In this document: positions 1 through 10,721 of the stretch, piece by piece
Numbering within the stretch: position 1 is the first letter of the stretch
Layout: every line of letters begins with the position of its first letter
NCBI GenBank assembly: GCA_027604505.1
Contig: JADIIX010000119.1
Location: 48,808 to 68,807, forward strand
DNA length: 20,000 nucleotides
Source of the DNA: Gonapodya sp. JEL0774
Taxonomy: Eukaryota
Direction of reading: 5' to 3'
Notes under the pieces: generated by a model
Databases searched by the model: none
Told to the model about the DNA's origin: nothing
What the model saw: only the letters and a program-made list of their open reading frames with translations
Position numbers and translations under genes: made by a program

Positions 1-110
1 CCTGGATGGTCCCCCGGATCAACCACTGACCCACATCCCACATTTCACAATTCGCTTGAACTCTTCATGATACGTCGCACATTCCACATTCACAATTCGC
101 ATCAACTCAG

Positions 111-1360
111 GGTTCCCAAGCGGGATCGGATCTCCTCCAGGTCCTCCCGCGTCTCCTTCCACCACTTTGCCTGCAGTCTCAACAACCACAGCCCCTCCTG
201 TTCCTCCCCCGACCTCCCCACGCCCGGCCACAACCACACCCTCCCCACCACCACCATCCGTCGTGCGAACATGCGATACCATCCACGCCGCGTACGTAAC
301 TGGAGGCGCGGCGGCGATGAAGGCGGGAGATTATGCGGACTGGACAGCATGGTGCGTAGGGAACCACTCAGGTGTTTGAGCCCACAGCGCGGCGGCTTAT
401 ACTCCACCTTGTTGTTTGCCACACCAGGTCGTGCAACACATGTGCGTGGTTTTGTTTATTCACTGTTGTGTTTCGAAATCGCACCACGGACCGGAGCCAC
501 TCACTGAAACACATCCCATATCCCACCTTCACAACTTACCTGAAATCGTGATACGTCCTACTTCCAGGGTTCCCATCCGGCATTGGAGCCCCCCCAACTA
601 CGTCCACATCCCTGCCTGCTCCTGCTCCGGCCACCACCACGACCCGCACCGCCACAACCACACCGCCTCCGCCTCCTTCTCCTTCCACGACCACTGCACG
701 CGCACCCACGACTACGACGGTAGCGGTGGTGCGAACATGCGACACCATCTACGCCGCGTACGTAGCAGGAGGCGCGGCGGCGATGTCGGCCGGAGATTAT
801 GCGGACTGGGCGGCGTGGTGAGTTTTGTGTGTTTGGAGAGGCAGGCCAACTGTCTTCGAATGAGGATGGGGGTAGAGGTGTGGTCGGAGACTGACCAAAC
901 CCGCTTTTTTGCGGATGTAAATCGTAGGTCATGCAACACATGTACGTCGTTCGAACCTCGTGTCGCATTAATCCCTCTCTCATTCTCTCTTATCACTGGG
1001 CCGTGTGGGTTGCAATCGGCATACTAAGGGTTCCCCTCCGGAATCGGCTCCCCACCACGCACAACAACAACAGTCGCCATTGTCAGGACGTGCGACAGTA
1101 TATACGCGAGCTACATTGCGGGTAGGCAGTTGACGGCGGCGGACTATGCCGATTGGGGAAGTTGGTGAGTGGTGCGAAACATTGTCCTCGCCGCAGTCCG
1201 CAGTCGTTTTCATACACGCTTGACATTCCTCCTTTCACAACACAGGAAGTGCAGCACTTGTGCGTATGCGTCCGGCGAGCACGCGTATCTCACGCACGAT
1301 GGGCTATGATATTCATCTCGTCTTGTTGAGCTAGGGTTTCCTCAAGGAATCGGCACCCCA
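111..1360 (+). repeat. Tandem ~40-aa protein module (3 complete copies plus the tail of a 4th) separated by Pro/Thr linkers
   Basis: Spliced copies read VRTCDTIHAAYVTGGAAAMKAGDYADWTAWSCNTWFPSGIG, VRTCDTIYAAYVAGGAAAMSAGDYADWAAWSCNTWFPSGIG and VRTCDSIYASYIAGRQLTAADYADWGSWKCSTWFPQGIG. Intron positions and phases are the same in each copy. Confidence 0.9.
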
Positions 1361-3388
1361 CCACCGACTACAACGATTCTCGCGTCCCTTCCACCTCCTC
1401 CTACCACGATCACGTGAGTCTCACAGAGCGCGCATGCATCGGCGCCCATTTTAAACTCATAATACTTGCATTTTTGCAATGCAAACCGCCAGCAGCGCCG
1501 CGGTGCCGTCCACATCCACAACGCCTGCCCAACTCCAAGGTAAAACGTCCACGACAACAGGCCCTCCTGCAACCACCACCGGCACCACATCCCAAAGCAA
1601 AACGGACACGGCCACGACCTCTACTCTCGCCGCCACCACTATCAGAACGACCTCGCAGACGGAAACGCAGCGAACGAGTGCAAGCACCCGCTCAACGTCC
1701 ACGCTGACCATGTCTTTTACCACCAGCCAGGCTGCCACCACGTCTCAAACCACAAGCAAAACCGCTACTGTCAGCACCACTTCCTCCACCTTGACAACGT
1801 CCCCCACTACCAGCCAAACACGCACGAGCACCAGCTCTTCATCCACGCTGACGACCTCCCTGACCACCAAAACGACTTCCTCGACGCCAACTACTTCCCG
1901 GACCACCAGTCGGACAGCCACCACCCCCTCCTCTTCCACAACAACCCGAACAACAACCCAAACCTCCTCAACCGCTTCAACAACCACCACCTCGCCACTC
2001 CCGACCTACTACTCCACGTCGCCCGGTATCGTCGGATACTATCCCAACTGGGCGCTCTACTCTCGCTCGGGTGTGCGCGCCATGAGTTTCTCTGGTCTCA
2101 ACTTCGTCCTGTACGCGTTCTGGCAGCCCAACGCCGACGGGACAATCTCGTCGCTCGACACGTGGGCCGACCTGCAGACCGGCGGCAACGGGATGATGCT
2201 TCAACTCAACACGGAGGTGAAGCCCCAATACCCCGGGATGAAGACCCTCCTTGCTGTTGGGGGGTACACGCTGTCAAGCAGATTCGCGGCAATCGCGGCC
2301 TCTAAAAGTTTGAGGGACGCATTTGCGGAGTCGTGTTTGAGTGCGGTCAAGACGTACGGGTTTGACGGGATTGATATCGATTGGGAATGTGAGTGTGTTT
2401 GTGCGTGATAGGATGTTGGCGGGACACAGTTCACCACCTTCTGCTCTGCTCATCCGCACACGGCCAGTCCCCGCATCCGCAACCGAGGCGAGCAACTTTG
2501 CACTCTTAGTTGCCGCACTGCGCTCTCGTCTCGGTACAAAGTACTACATCAGTCTCGCCATGAGCGTCAACCTCTCATTCTATGGAGCGTCCCTGTTGGA
2601 CATCACCAAGTGGGCTGACTTTGTGAACCTCATGACGTACGATTTCGGCGGACCCTGGGACACGTACACATCTCTCAACGCGCCGCTGTATCACGACACA
2701 GCTACCGACCCGAATGGGGATCGAGGCAACGTCGCAGGAGTGGTGAACGCGTATAAGAGTGCTGGAGTTGCAGCGTCCAAGATGACGGTTGGCGTTGCGC
2801 TTTATGGGCATTCGGTACGAGTAAATTGCGGTGTGCGTGGGTTTGTTTTTCAGTGACTGACTTGGTTGCTTTGCGTTCTCTTTTTTACAGTGGCGAACAA
2901 ATTCGATTTCTAACGGTGGACTGTACCAAACGTGTGCCCCACAGCCAGGAGGATCTCTCTCGGCGTGCATTTCCCCGCAGGGAGACTTCCTTGACACCGT
3001 GGCCCGTACGTAGATGAGGCTGTAGGGTCAAGAATCCAAAACTCACCGTTTTCTTTTCACCACTTTGCCGTTAGCTTACACGGGAGCGTGGACGTATCTC
3101 GGAATGCGAGGTGGCGGACTTCTAGACGGCCCAGACGTGGCAGGCGCAGGGTGGAACAGGACGTATAGAACCACCACCCGTGTTCCCACCTTGATCTCAT
3201 CCGCACCTGCAAATTCCACGTCGGGAAATTATACTTTTATTTCCTATGACGACCCAATTTCAGCTGGTGAAAAGGCGGCCTTTGCAAAGGGCGCAGGACT
3301 TGGTGGAGTGATGATGTGGGAGGTGACTGTGGACTACTCGTGGGAAATGGTTACAGCCATCGTCAAGGGCTTTGGCTTGTCTCTGTGA
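111..3388 (+). CDS. GH18 chitinase with N-terminal tandem Cys/Trp modules and long Thr/Ser/Pro linker (5' end outside window)
   Basis: Hand-spliced exons 111-351, 428-441, 568-817, 928-941, 1029-1164, 1246-1259, 1335-1413, 1493-2388, 2468-2814, 2891-3005 and 3075-3388, all GT-AG and in frame. GH18 motifs: VGYYPNW, LAVGGY, catalytic FDGIDIDWE|FP (DxxDxDxE intact), DFVNLMTYDF, GVALYGHS|W, ISYDDP, LGGVMMWE. Confidence 0.93.
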
Positions 3389-3601
3389 TGCTGGACATTA
3401 CAAATAGCTAGAAGAAAAGTTTTGGAATCTTTATCGAAGAAACTATTTATTCTGAACTTGGAGTAGGCACAAAAAGACCTGATAAGGTTGCTCGCTCGAT
3501 TGAATGCTCTCGTGGATACGGGAATAATACATCTGTATTCGGTTGATCGAATAATCTAGGTTACACTGTGCTCACACAGGAACAAAACACACTTGTACTG
3601 A

Positions 3602-4738
3602 CTACTCCAAATAATTGAGTCCGTTATCGGGCAAATTCCGTGCGTCCAAAATGTCGACATGTAATTCATTCTCCGACACGATCGCTGCTCGAGCCACAGC
3701 GGGATCGCCCCTCCATGTTGCGTCGACGCGGAATCCGTACTGTGGGGTTGTGGTGTGCCAGTCGCGCCGTGCGCCACCTCGCAGGTCACGAAGGCTCTTA
3801 TTCCCCAGACCCAAGTTGGCCGCCAGGTCTTGTGCGAGGAGTCTTAAGGCCAGTTTTGTTCCCGAAAAGCGGATGGATGCGCCGTAGAATTTGGAGGAGG
3901 TGTCGGAATCTCGCTTAAAGAAGAATGCGGTGTAGCACCATTCTGAATCGATGCCTTCCCGCCGACGAGCATCTGCGATGAACGATGAGAAGGCAGGAGA
4001 AAGTAAAGATTGAAATGCATCCGCTCGAAGCCTAGTAAAAGAGCAGTGACAGGAGTTTTTTCGGGTTTGGTCAGAGTTCAGCAATCTCCTCACCACCAAT
4101 ACGTGCTTCGAAAGTTTTTCACTTCTGGAGCGGCAGGAAGTCGTTCACCAAAGTCTTGGCTGCCATTCGCATTTGGGTAGAGTTGTTGTACGATTCGCGT
4201 TGGCGACATTCCAAGGCACAGGGACGGAAACAAATCATTGACTTCCACGATCCTGTTCACGTCCTTGTGTGCTGTTTCCAGGTGGCCATCCAGCCCTTCT
4301 CGTGTACCGATCCACCTGCAATCCGGGGAATGTATACATCGCACCCTTAGCGATGCCAGGATGGATTTTACGAGAATGGCACTGTCACGAAGCTGGGATT
4401 CGCTCAGGGAAGCGCGCGAATGTGGACAAGTTGCATTTCGTTGGAGCCCTAAGCAAGTCATTAATACGATGTCTTGGGTACGATAAATTGCAGCGCCTGT
4501 GACACCTACAGAGGCGAATACACTGTCTGCAAAACGTGTGCGGCTGGGCGCATCCATCATCGACGGGATCGACGACTGGACGGAAGTGGGGGAAAGAAGG
4601 AGTATATTCAGAAATCGAAGAACTGCAGCGAGCTTCCCCCGTTTTTCACGTACTAGGGCACTGGCACACGATGCACACAAGATGCGGCGATGGTGGGTCG
4701 ATGTACTCGAGCTCTTGCGAGGTGTAACTGATGTCCAT
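3602..4738 (-). CDS. RING-finger + TRAF/SIAH-type zinc-finger protein (putative E3 ubiquitin ligase), ~311 aa
   Basis: Exons 4738-4654, 4575-4510, 4448-4094 and 4031-3602 (936 nt, GT-AG introns). They give MDISYTSQELEYIDPPSPHLVCIVCQCPIVDPVDDGCAQPHTFCRQCIRLWLQRNATCPHSR...LASLRVRCIHSPDCRWIGTREGLDGHLETAH, the RING followed by C-x4-C-x11-H layout of TRAF-like proteins. Confidence 0.85.
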
Positions 4739-4950
4739 TATGTTACAGCAATATACTGTCGGACTAATCCTGCAACCTCATCGAATAAAGCACTGCACTT
4801 TCCCAAAACGCCAGCAACACTTTCACAAAACGATCTATGTCTTTTATATATGGTAGACTGACAGTACGTATATCGTAGCTATTATGAAGTGCACAATTCT
4901 TGAATGCAGCTTGTCCTTGCACAGTCACACAAAGGAGGATCTACTGCAAT

Positions 4951-6196
4951 CTAATCAAATGTCCTACTGACCAAATCTGCTTCCTCATCATCCTCTGGAA
5001 CGCTTGCGATCCGCTGCAGATCTTCAAGTACATGTCTGTTCGCCCCTCGAGCCAACAAGTGCTCCACCACTTCTTCGTGCCAACGGCCGCGTGCATTGAC
5101 GAGCGCTTCGTCGTCACATGCATGAATATTGGCACCACGGTCCAACAAAAGTCGCACTGCGTCCAAGCTTCCACCCAGGGCTGACACGCGAAGTGCCTCA
5201 TCTTCTCCTGCGTGAATGTCCGCGCCCCGGTCGAAGAGGAGCTCGAGAACTCCAACGTGGCGACGCTGGGCGGCAATGACGAGCGGCTCTGCATTTGTGA
5301 TGTCGCCTGCTCCACGATCCAGCAGGAGCTGTGTCAAAGTGACGTTCCCTGTGACAGCGGCACTTGCAAGGACGGAACGAGCATGAAGGTTGGCTCCCCG
5401 GTTGATGAGACACTCAGCTACCTCACTCCGACCAAAACAGACGGCATTAAAGAGTACTACATCATTGTCGAGGTGAATGTCAGCTCCATTGTCCAAAAGC
5501 AGCTCCACAACCGCCACATGTCCGCACCTGGCTGCTCCTACTGTGGCCCTAAGGCCATTCTCATTGTTCAGATCAACGTCAGTCCCAGAGTCCAAGAGAA
5601 ACTTCACCATTTCGAGGCGACCCAGCCGTGCTGCTTCATAGAGAAGCTGCTCCGGGGAGACGTGACCGTTCCTACCCAGGTCCAGAAACAGTCGAACAAC
5701 TTCAATCCTTCCATCCTGTGCCGAAAACCGGAGTGCTTTGGCTTCCTCAAATTCGTCTAGCCCACCGTTGTCTAAGAGAAGCTCGACCACCTTCATATGG
5801 CCCGCTACAGCGGGCCAAATGGAGGGCGTTTGACCCCCGAGGGCTCACCCCTGCTCGTAATAGCACCTGAAGTACAGCCAGACGTCCATCCCGTGCCAAT
5901 CGAGAAATAAGTTTGACGAGCTTTGCCTCGGACTGAACGGATGATTTCTTCAGCAGGTACGTGACAACATCTGCTCTGTATTCCTCGCTCCTTCCAGCCT
6001 CGGCGATGAGCGCTGACATCCCCGAAGGGTAGCGCCGAAGAGCTCTCTCGGCTATTCCTTCAGGGAGAGAGAAGACCGCGTAGAGCATTCGGTTGAGGGT
6101 AGGGAGGCCCAAGCGGTGGGGGAGGAAGTGACCCATTGCCTGGAGGACTTCAGTAGGAAAACTTTGCAGCTGGAACGTGGAAACGCGATCCGACAT
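4951..6196 (-). pseudogene. Intronless F-box-like N-terminus + ankyrin-repeat protein, frameshifted (or sequencing error)
   Basis: N-terminus LQSFPTEVLQAMGHFL is F-box-like. About 9-10 ankyrin repeats follow (e.g. AARCGHVAVVELLLDNGADIH, AAQRRHVGVLELLFDRGADIH). ORFs 5747-6196 and 4951-5796 join as NALHLAAVAGHMKVVELLLDNG if one base of 5812-5814 is removed. Confidence 0.85.
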
Positions 6197-6585
6197 CTAT
6201 CAAGGTGGGGCTACACAATTTTCAGGCCAACGAAGAATGCAGCGGGGATCCCACGTTCAGTGTGCTGGACCTCTCACACAAGTGAGTTTGAGGTGATGGC
6301 AGTTGAGGGTCACTTTCAATGAAAAGTTCATGGCGACTTCTTAAAGTGGAGGCACTCCTGGGTTGAGTTAGCCGACATTGAGCATTGCGGGCTGGAATCC
6401 GTCACTGTGGGGGGCGCGCATGTGCAGGTTTGTGTGCCCTTGTGAGTGCGAGTGCGACGGAACAGATCACGTTGATCACAGGACAGACACCGTCTTCGTG
6501 GGCATCAGGGTGCTTGATTTCTCATTGTCTCTCTCCGATGGTCATTTTCGCATGCGCACTTCAAGTGGCTGCCCCCGCAACACAG

Positions 6586-7271
6586 CCCGAACCTCGATCG
6601 CAACGCGCTCCAACCCCTCCGACACCTACCCTCTCTGCGGAGACTCAATGTCGTCGGCGCCACCCTCGGTCAAACGGCGAAATATCGAGAGTTTTTGCTC
6701 GAACTCAACCCGCATCTCGAGGTCGTGGACGCGTTTACCCGGACAGGTGGGGTCGTTGAAGACTCGGCATCAGAAGACGACAAAGTCTTCGATGACCCGG
6801 ACGACGCGGACAGTGATTCCAGTGATGATGACGACAGCGCAGGGAATAACATGCGCCATCAAAACCCTCCGCGGTTCTCCCAAACCATCGTGGGTCGCAG
6901 GGCGCTGACACCTGGTTCACTGGGATTCAGGGAGGGGCAAAAGCGGCGACCAGCCCCTGAACCCGAAGACGAACCTCTCGGACGGAGGACCATGTGGTCT
7001 GGTGGGAGGGACATGTGGTCTGGTAGGAGGGTCGCAGGACAGGCAAGGGATAAACAGCAAGAGACAGACAAGGCGGGCGGATCCCGAGAGGTCCATCGAA
7101 GCGACTCATTGGAGGAAGAGTTTGGTGAGTCAGGGGTGTTATATTCGCATGACTGGTATCGCCTCATCCTATTACATAACACCCGCTCCCCCACTGCCAC
7201 AATTCCATGTACTTCGCTCCCAAAACTCAAGCGACGGAACTTGATTCTATGTTGTCGCAGATGCTGGATAA
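6586..7271 (+). CDS. ANP32/U2A'-like LRR-cap + acidic tail gene fragment (5' exons not resolved; may be a pseudogene)
   Basis: After acceptor cacag (6585) the frame reads PNLDRNALQPLRHLPSLRRLNVVGATLGQTAKYREFLLELNPHLEVVDAFTRTG, an LRR plus LRRcap YR..L...P.L..+D. A D/S-rich acidic stretch and GQKRRPAPEPEDE follow. Donor gtgagt at 7125, acceptor at 7260, stop at 7269-7271. Confidence 0.55.
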
Positions 7272-8258
7272 GGAAGAAGGGCCTCAGAGGCGGACACGTG
7301 AGTGCTGATTGGGGGGTGGTGCTGGCAATTGTTGTGGGTGGAAGTCGTTGACTTGTCTCAAGATCCAATATTGCATCAAACAAGTAATTTTTGACCTCCC
7401 TCATGCGTCATCCCTGGCAGCAATGGGCAGTCTGCGTTTTCTAACTTCCTCCCCGTTTCCTCCTCCGGTCTCAAATCCACTCTCCAAATCTTCTGCCGCA
7501 TCCCGCATAACCATAGCCTCAGCTCTCCTAGACTCTTCTCCCTCATCGTCCGACACAACCACCCCCGAAACAACCACCCCCGAACTGAATCCACTTGATG
7601 ACGCAGCCACCACTGGCCCAGGCCCCCTTGCCCCTGGCCCATCCTACCCGTTCCTCCCGGAACCTTCCCTTCATTTTCTGGCCACAGCACCTGCCCCAGT
7701 CGATCGCCCCACTCCCGTCATGCCCCATTCAAGGGACGAAGAGGAGACGGGAGTCTGAAGATAAAGAGGAGGGCAGTGGTGAGGAGGAGGGACGGGAGGT
7801 AGGGGAGACTGCCGAAGACCAGGAAGGCATGGGAGGTGAGTGGTGGTATGTGATCTTTCAATGTTAATTCGACTGATCTGATCTTTTGTCGCTTTGTAAT
7901 TAACGCATATTCCACGCAATCCCTCTGGTGCTCCATCCTCCCTGCCACAACACAACTTGACACGAAATTTCTCAACCCACTCAACATTGGTTCAACATTT
8001 GAAGGTGGCGGCGACAGCGACAATGGCGACGGGCGGACTTTGAAAAAGCAACGGAAGGAAGGGTTTTAGTACACAGTACTTCTATTAAAGAGCGAAGCAA
8101 TTACAAATCGATTTTACTTTACGTGTTCAATATTCAATGCCGTTTGAGTAATGGTGAGTTGGTGAGATGTGACGCACTACGACCAAGGACTGATGTATCT
8201 GTGCCAGAGAAGAAAACAGCAATGAAATCTCGCGCTCATATGTTATATCATTTTCTTC

Positions 8259-10385
8259 ATGGATTCCTGTGATCGTAGGTGTTTCCAATTAATCTCCCTC
8301 CCCCTCTTCGTCTCCGCCGCTCCCATCAACCCAGCGTGGGCTGTCCAACAGCTCCAGACCTACAACCTCACCGCAGCCCTCCTCGCCCTCACCACGGACC
8401 CCACCAGACTCTCGGATTCGTTGAGGTTTCTCTCTTGGAATATGGTGGAGGACTAGGTCGAGGCGGTGGGCGCCATGAACGTGTCCAGCAAGTGGTCGGC
8501 AGGAACAACGAGTGGGTCAAGCTGACCGCGGCGTGTAGGGGATTTAAATGTGAGGGACACGTTTCAGGTGAGTCCAGGGGTGAGCCTCTGTCCCGACCGG
8601 CGGGTGTGAGTCCGCCGGAGTCCAATGAACCTTCCCCGTCCGGAGGCCAACAACCGTCCACTCATCACAAGTCATACTCTTATGGGTCTCTATCACCGGA
8701 ACGAGGCGAACTATGCACACGTTTTACTCATCTTATTCGATCAATTTGACGTTCACTCGTCTTACCCGCCCGTCCCATCCCACCCAACCACCTACCAGTC
8801 CCCTCTGCCTCCGACCCAACTCTCCAACGCCTCGTACGTCTCCCACACCTACCTCGACCCGGTGTGCTCCGCCCGCGACGATTGCCGCGACCCCATGAGG
8901 AGGTTTCACGGACGGGCGTACACGGTGAGTCAGTCGCGACCAGGGCGAGATTGGGATGAGGGGTATAGGGTGATGGGTTGATGAGGGGTTGATGGGTGGT
9001 GGTTCGGGACACGAACTTCGTTTTTGACATGGCAAATCGGTCCGCCTTTGGGTTGACGGACGGTGGTTCGGGACACCACTTCACTTTCCACGTCGCAATT
9101 TGAACCGCCTTGGGTTCACCTAGGCCTGCGCCAACTAAATCGTTCTCGACAACCACGCGCTCCCCGCCCTCCCAGTCGGACTGCTCAACCAAACGGTGGC
9201 CAACTACTCGGTGCCGGCGGGGGATGGGGATGGGAGAGTGGGCCAGTAAGTAGATTGTTGTGGGAGTTTGGGGGGGTGGGGTCTTTCGTGAGGGGGTTTT
9301 GACGCTTTGGCGTTTGGGGGGTTCCGTCGTGTTGGCGTTACCGGGGTAGTGCACGCAACACACTTGTCACCTGTCCTCACCCCATGCCACCTCCACCCCA
9401 CCAGATATCTCCTCCCCGTCCTACGCCCTCAAATTTAAGGTCACCGAAGTGTACTTTGTCCTGTCGACCTCGCTCGACCTGGTGTGCGCACAGGATAACA
9501 CGACAACGGCTTCTGTTTCTGTCAAAGCGGACTGTTGTCTCGTCAAAGTAGCGGCGCCAGTGGGCCCCGCGGTGGTCGAAATCGTCGAGCAGGTGATGTC
9601 CAGTACGTATCTCTCACCTACCACCTCCCTCCTCTCCTCTTGGTTTTCCCCTCCTGCTCCGCTTTGCCTCTTCTCACCCACCACCACGGTGTCCCCCTCA
9701 GACGGCCCCTGACTCCCACCTCCCCTCCCCCCCCGTCCTCGACCCGTCCTTCCTGCGCTCCAAGCATGTGACCAACTTGGTCGGCACCCCGCATCGTGAT
9801 CCAGCACAGGAACGATTCCGTGGTGGGGAGGTTGCCGGGGGTCCATGCGGTCGTGGATATGATGGAGGCTTTGAGGGGGGGGGGGGGGGGGGGGGGGGGT
9901 TACGGGTGTGTTTGTGGTTGGGTGGGTGTTGTGTTGTGTGGAGTGTTGTTTTTTGATGTGATTGTTGTGGTGTGTTGTGGGGGGGGGGGGGGGGGTGGGG
10001 GTGTGGGGGGGTGTTGGGGGGGGGGGGGGGGGGGGGGAGGGGGGTTAGGGTTGGAAGGGGCGAGGTGACTGGGGAGTGGAGGGGAATCGCTGATCTGACG
10101 GTACTCGAGTGGTCCACCGCCCCCCCCCCCTTGCACACCCCTTGCACACCACGAACCCATGTGTAGGGTTGCAACACCACGATGACGCTCCCCGTGTCGG
10201 GGGATTCCTCAGCGGCAACGGTGAAGGTGCAGGGTCGATATCGAGGTCGAGCGTATACCCCCGAGCGATACCCGTGGCACACCGCACCACCCATGATACC
10301 TGCACCACCTGCAAACCCTCTATGTATACCTGTTCAACTTGTGTTTCTTGTCCCTAGTATCACCATCCCCGTACATACTTTGTAA
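8259..10385 (+). pseudogene. Decayed multi-exon gene, possibly GT61/DUF563-like glycosyltransferase
   Basis: Coding-like segments with splice sites (donor 8925, acceptor 9404), interrupted by stops and frameshifts. Fragments GHHFTFH, WAS(K)YLLPVLRP, PRPRPVL, VHAVVDMMEAL and WRGIADL fall in an order reminiscent of GT61 proteins. The family call is weak. Confidence 0.3.
9876..10040. other. Poly-G / GT low-complexity tract, probably low-quality consensus
   Basis: Three G runs of about 20 nt with GT-only sequence between them, lying where coding sequence would be expected. Confidence 0.7.
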
Positions 10386-10721
10386 TACCCCTCCCCTTAT
10401 TAACAAGTTTCTCGTTTATGCAATTTTATTGAGTTGGTAAAACTAGCGATTCAAGCTTTGTTGAGTAGAGAGAGCGCGGGGGGAGGTGGAAGGGGTGTTG
10501 GGGGTTTTGGAGAAGGTTGGGGGGGGGCATGTTTACCCGGCGTTCCTGCCAGATGTGCGAACTCGTGCCACGAACGTTGCTGTAAGCGCCCAATGTTTTT
10601 TTTTCAGAGCAATAATAAGATAAGCAAGATACACAGCGTTTTGTGAGTCATGCATGTGTGGCACAGGCTGTCAACAAGGATAGAGCGCGCATACAGATTT
10701 CTCTTCCAAGACCGAGAGCAA

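Noticed and set aside
19..2228. Val/Gly-rich minus-strand ORFs
   Set aside because: Antisense shadows of the Thr/Pro-rich chitinase linkers.
4900..5870. Plus-strand ORFs over the ankyrin gene
   Set aside because: Antisense shadows with no recognisable motifs.
6988..7030. 21-bp tandem duplication (catgtggtctggt.ggagg x2)
   Set aside because: Simple local slippage in a low-complexity tail; no further structure.
9698..10314. Poly-Gly / poly-Pro ORFs or a functional G-quadruplex locus
   Set aside because: They derive from poly-G/GT tracts that look like low-quality sequence; cannot be trusted without reads.
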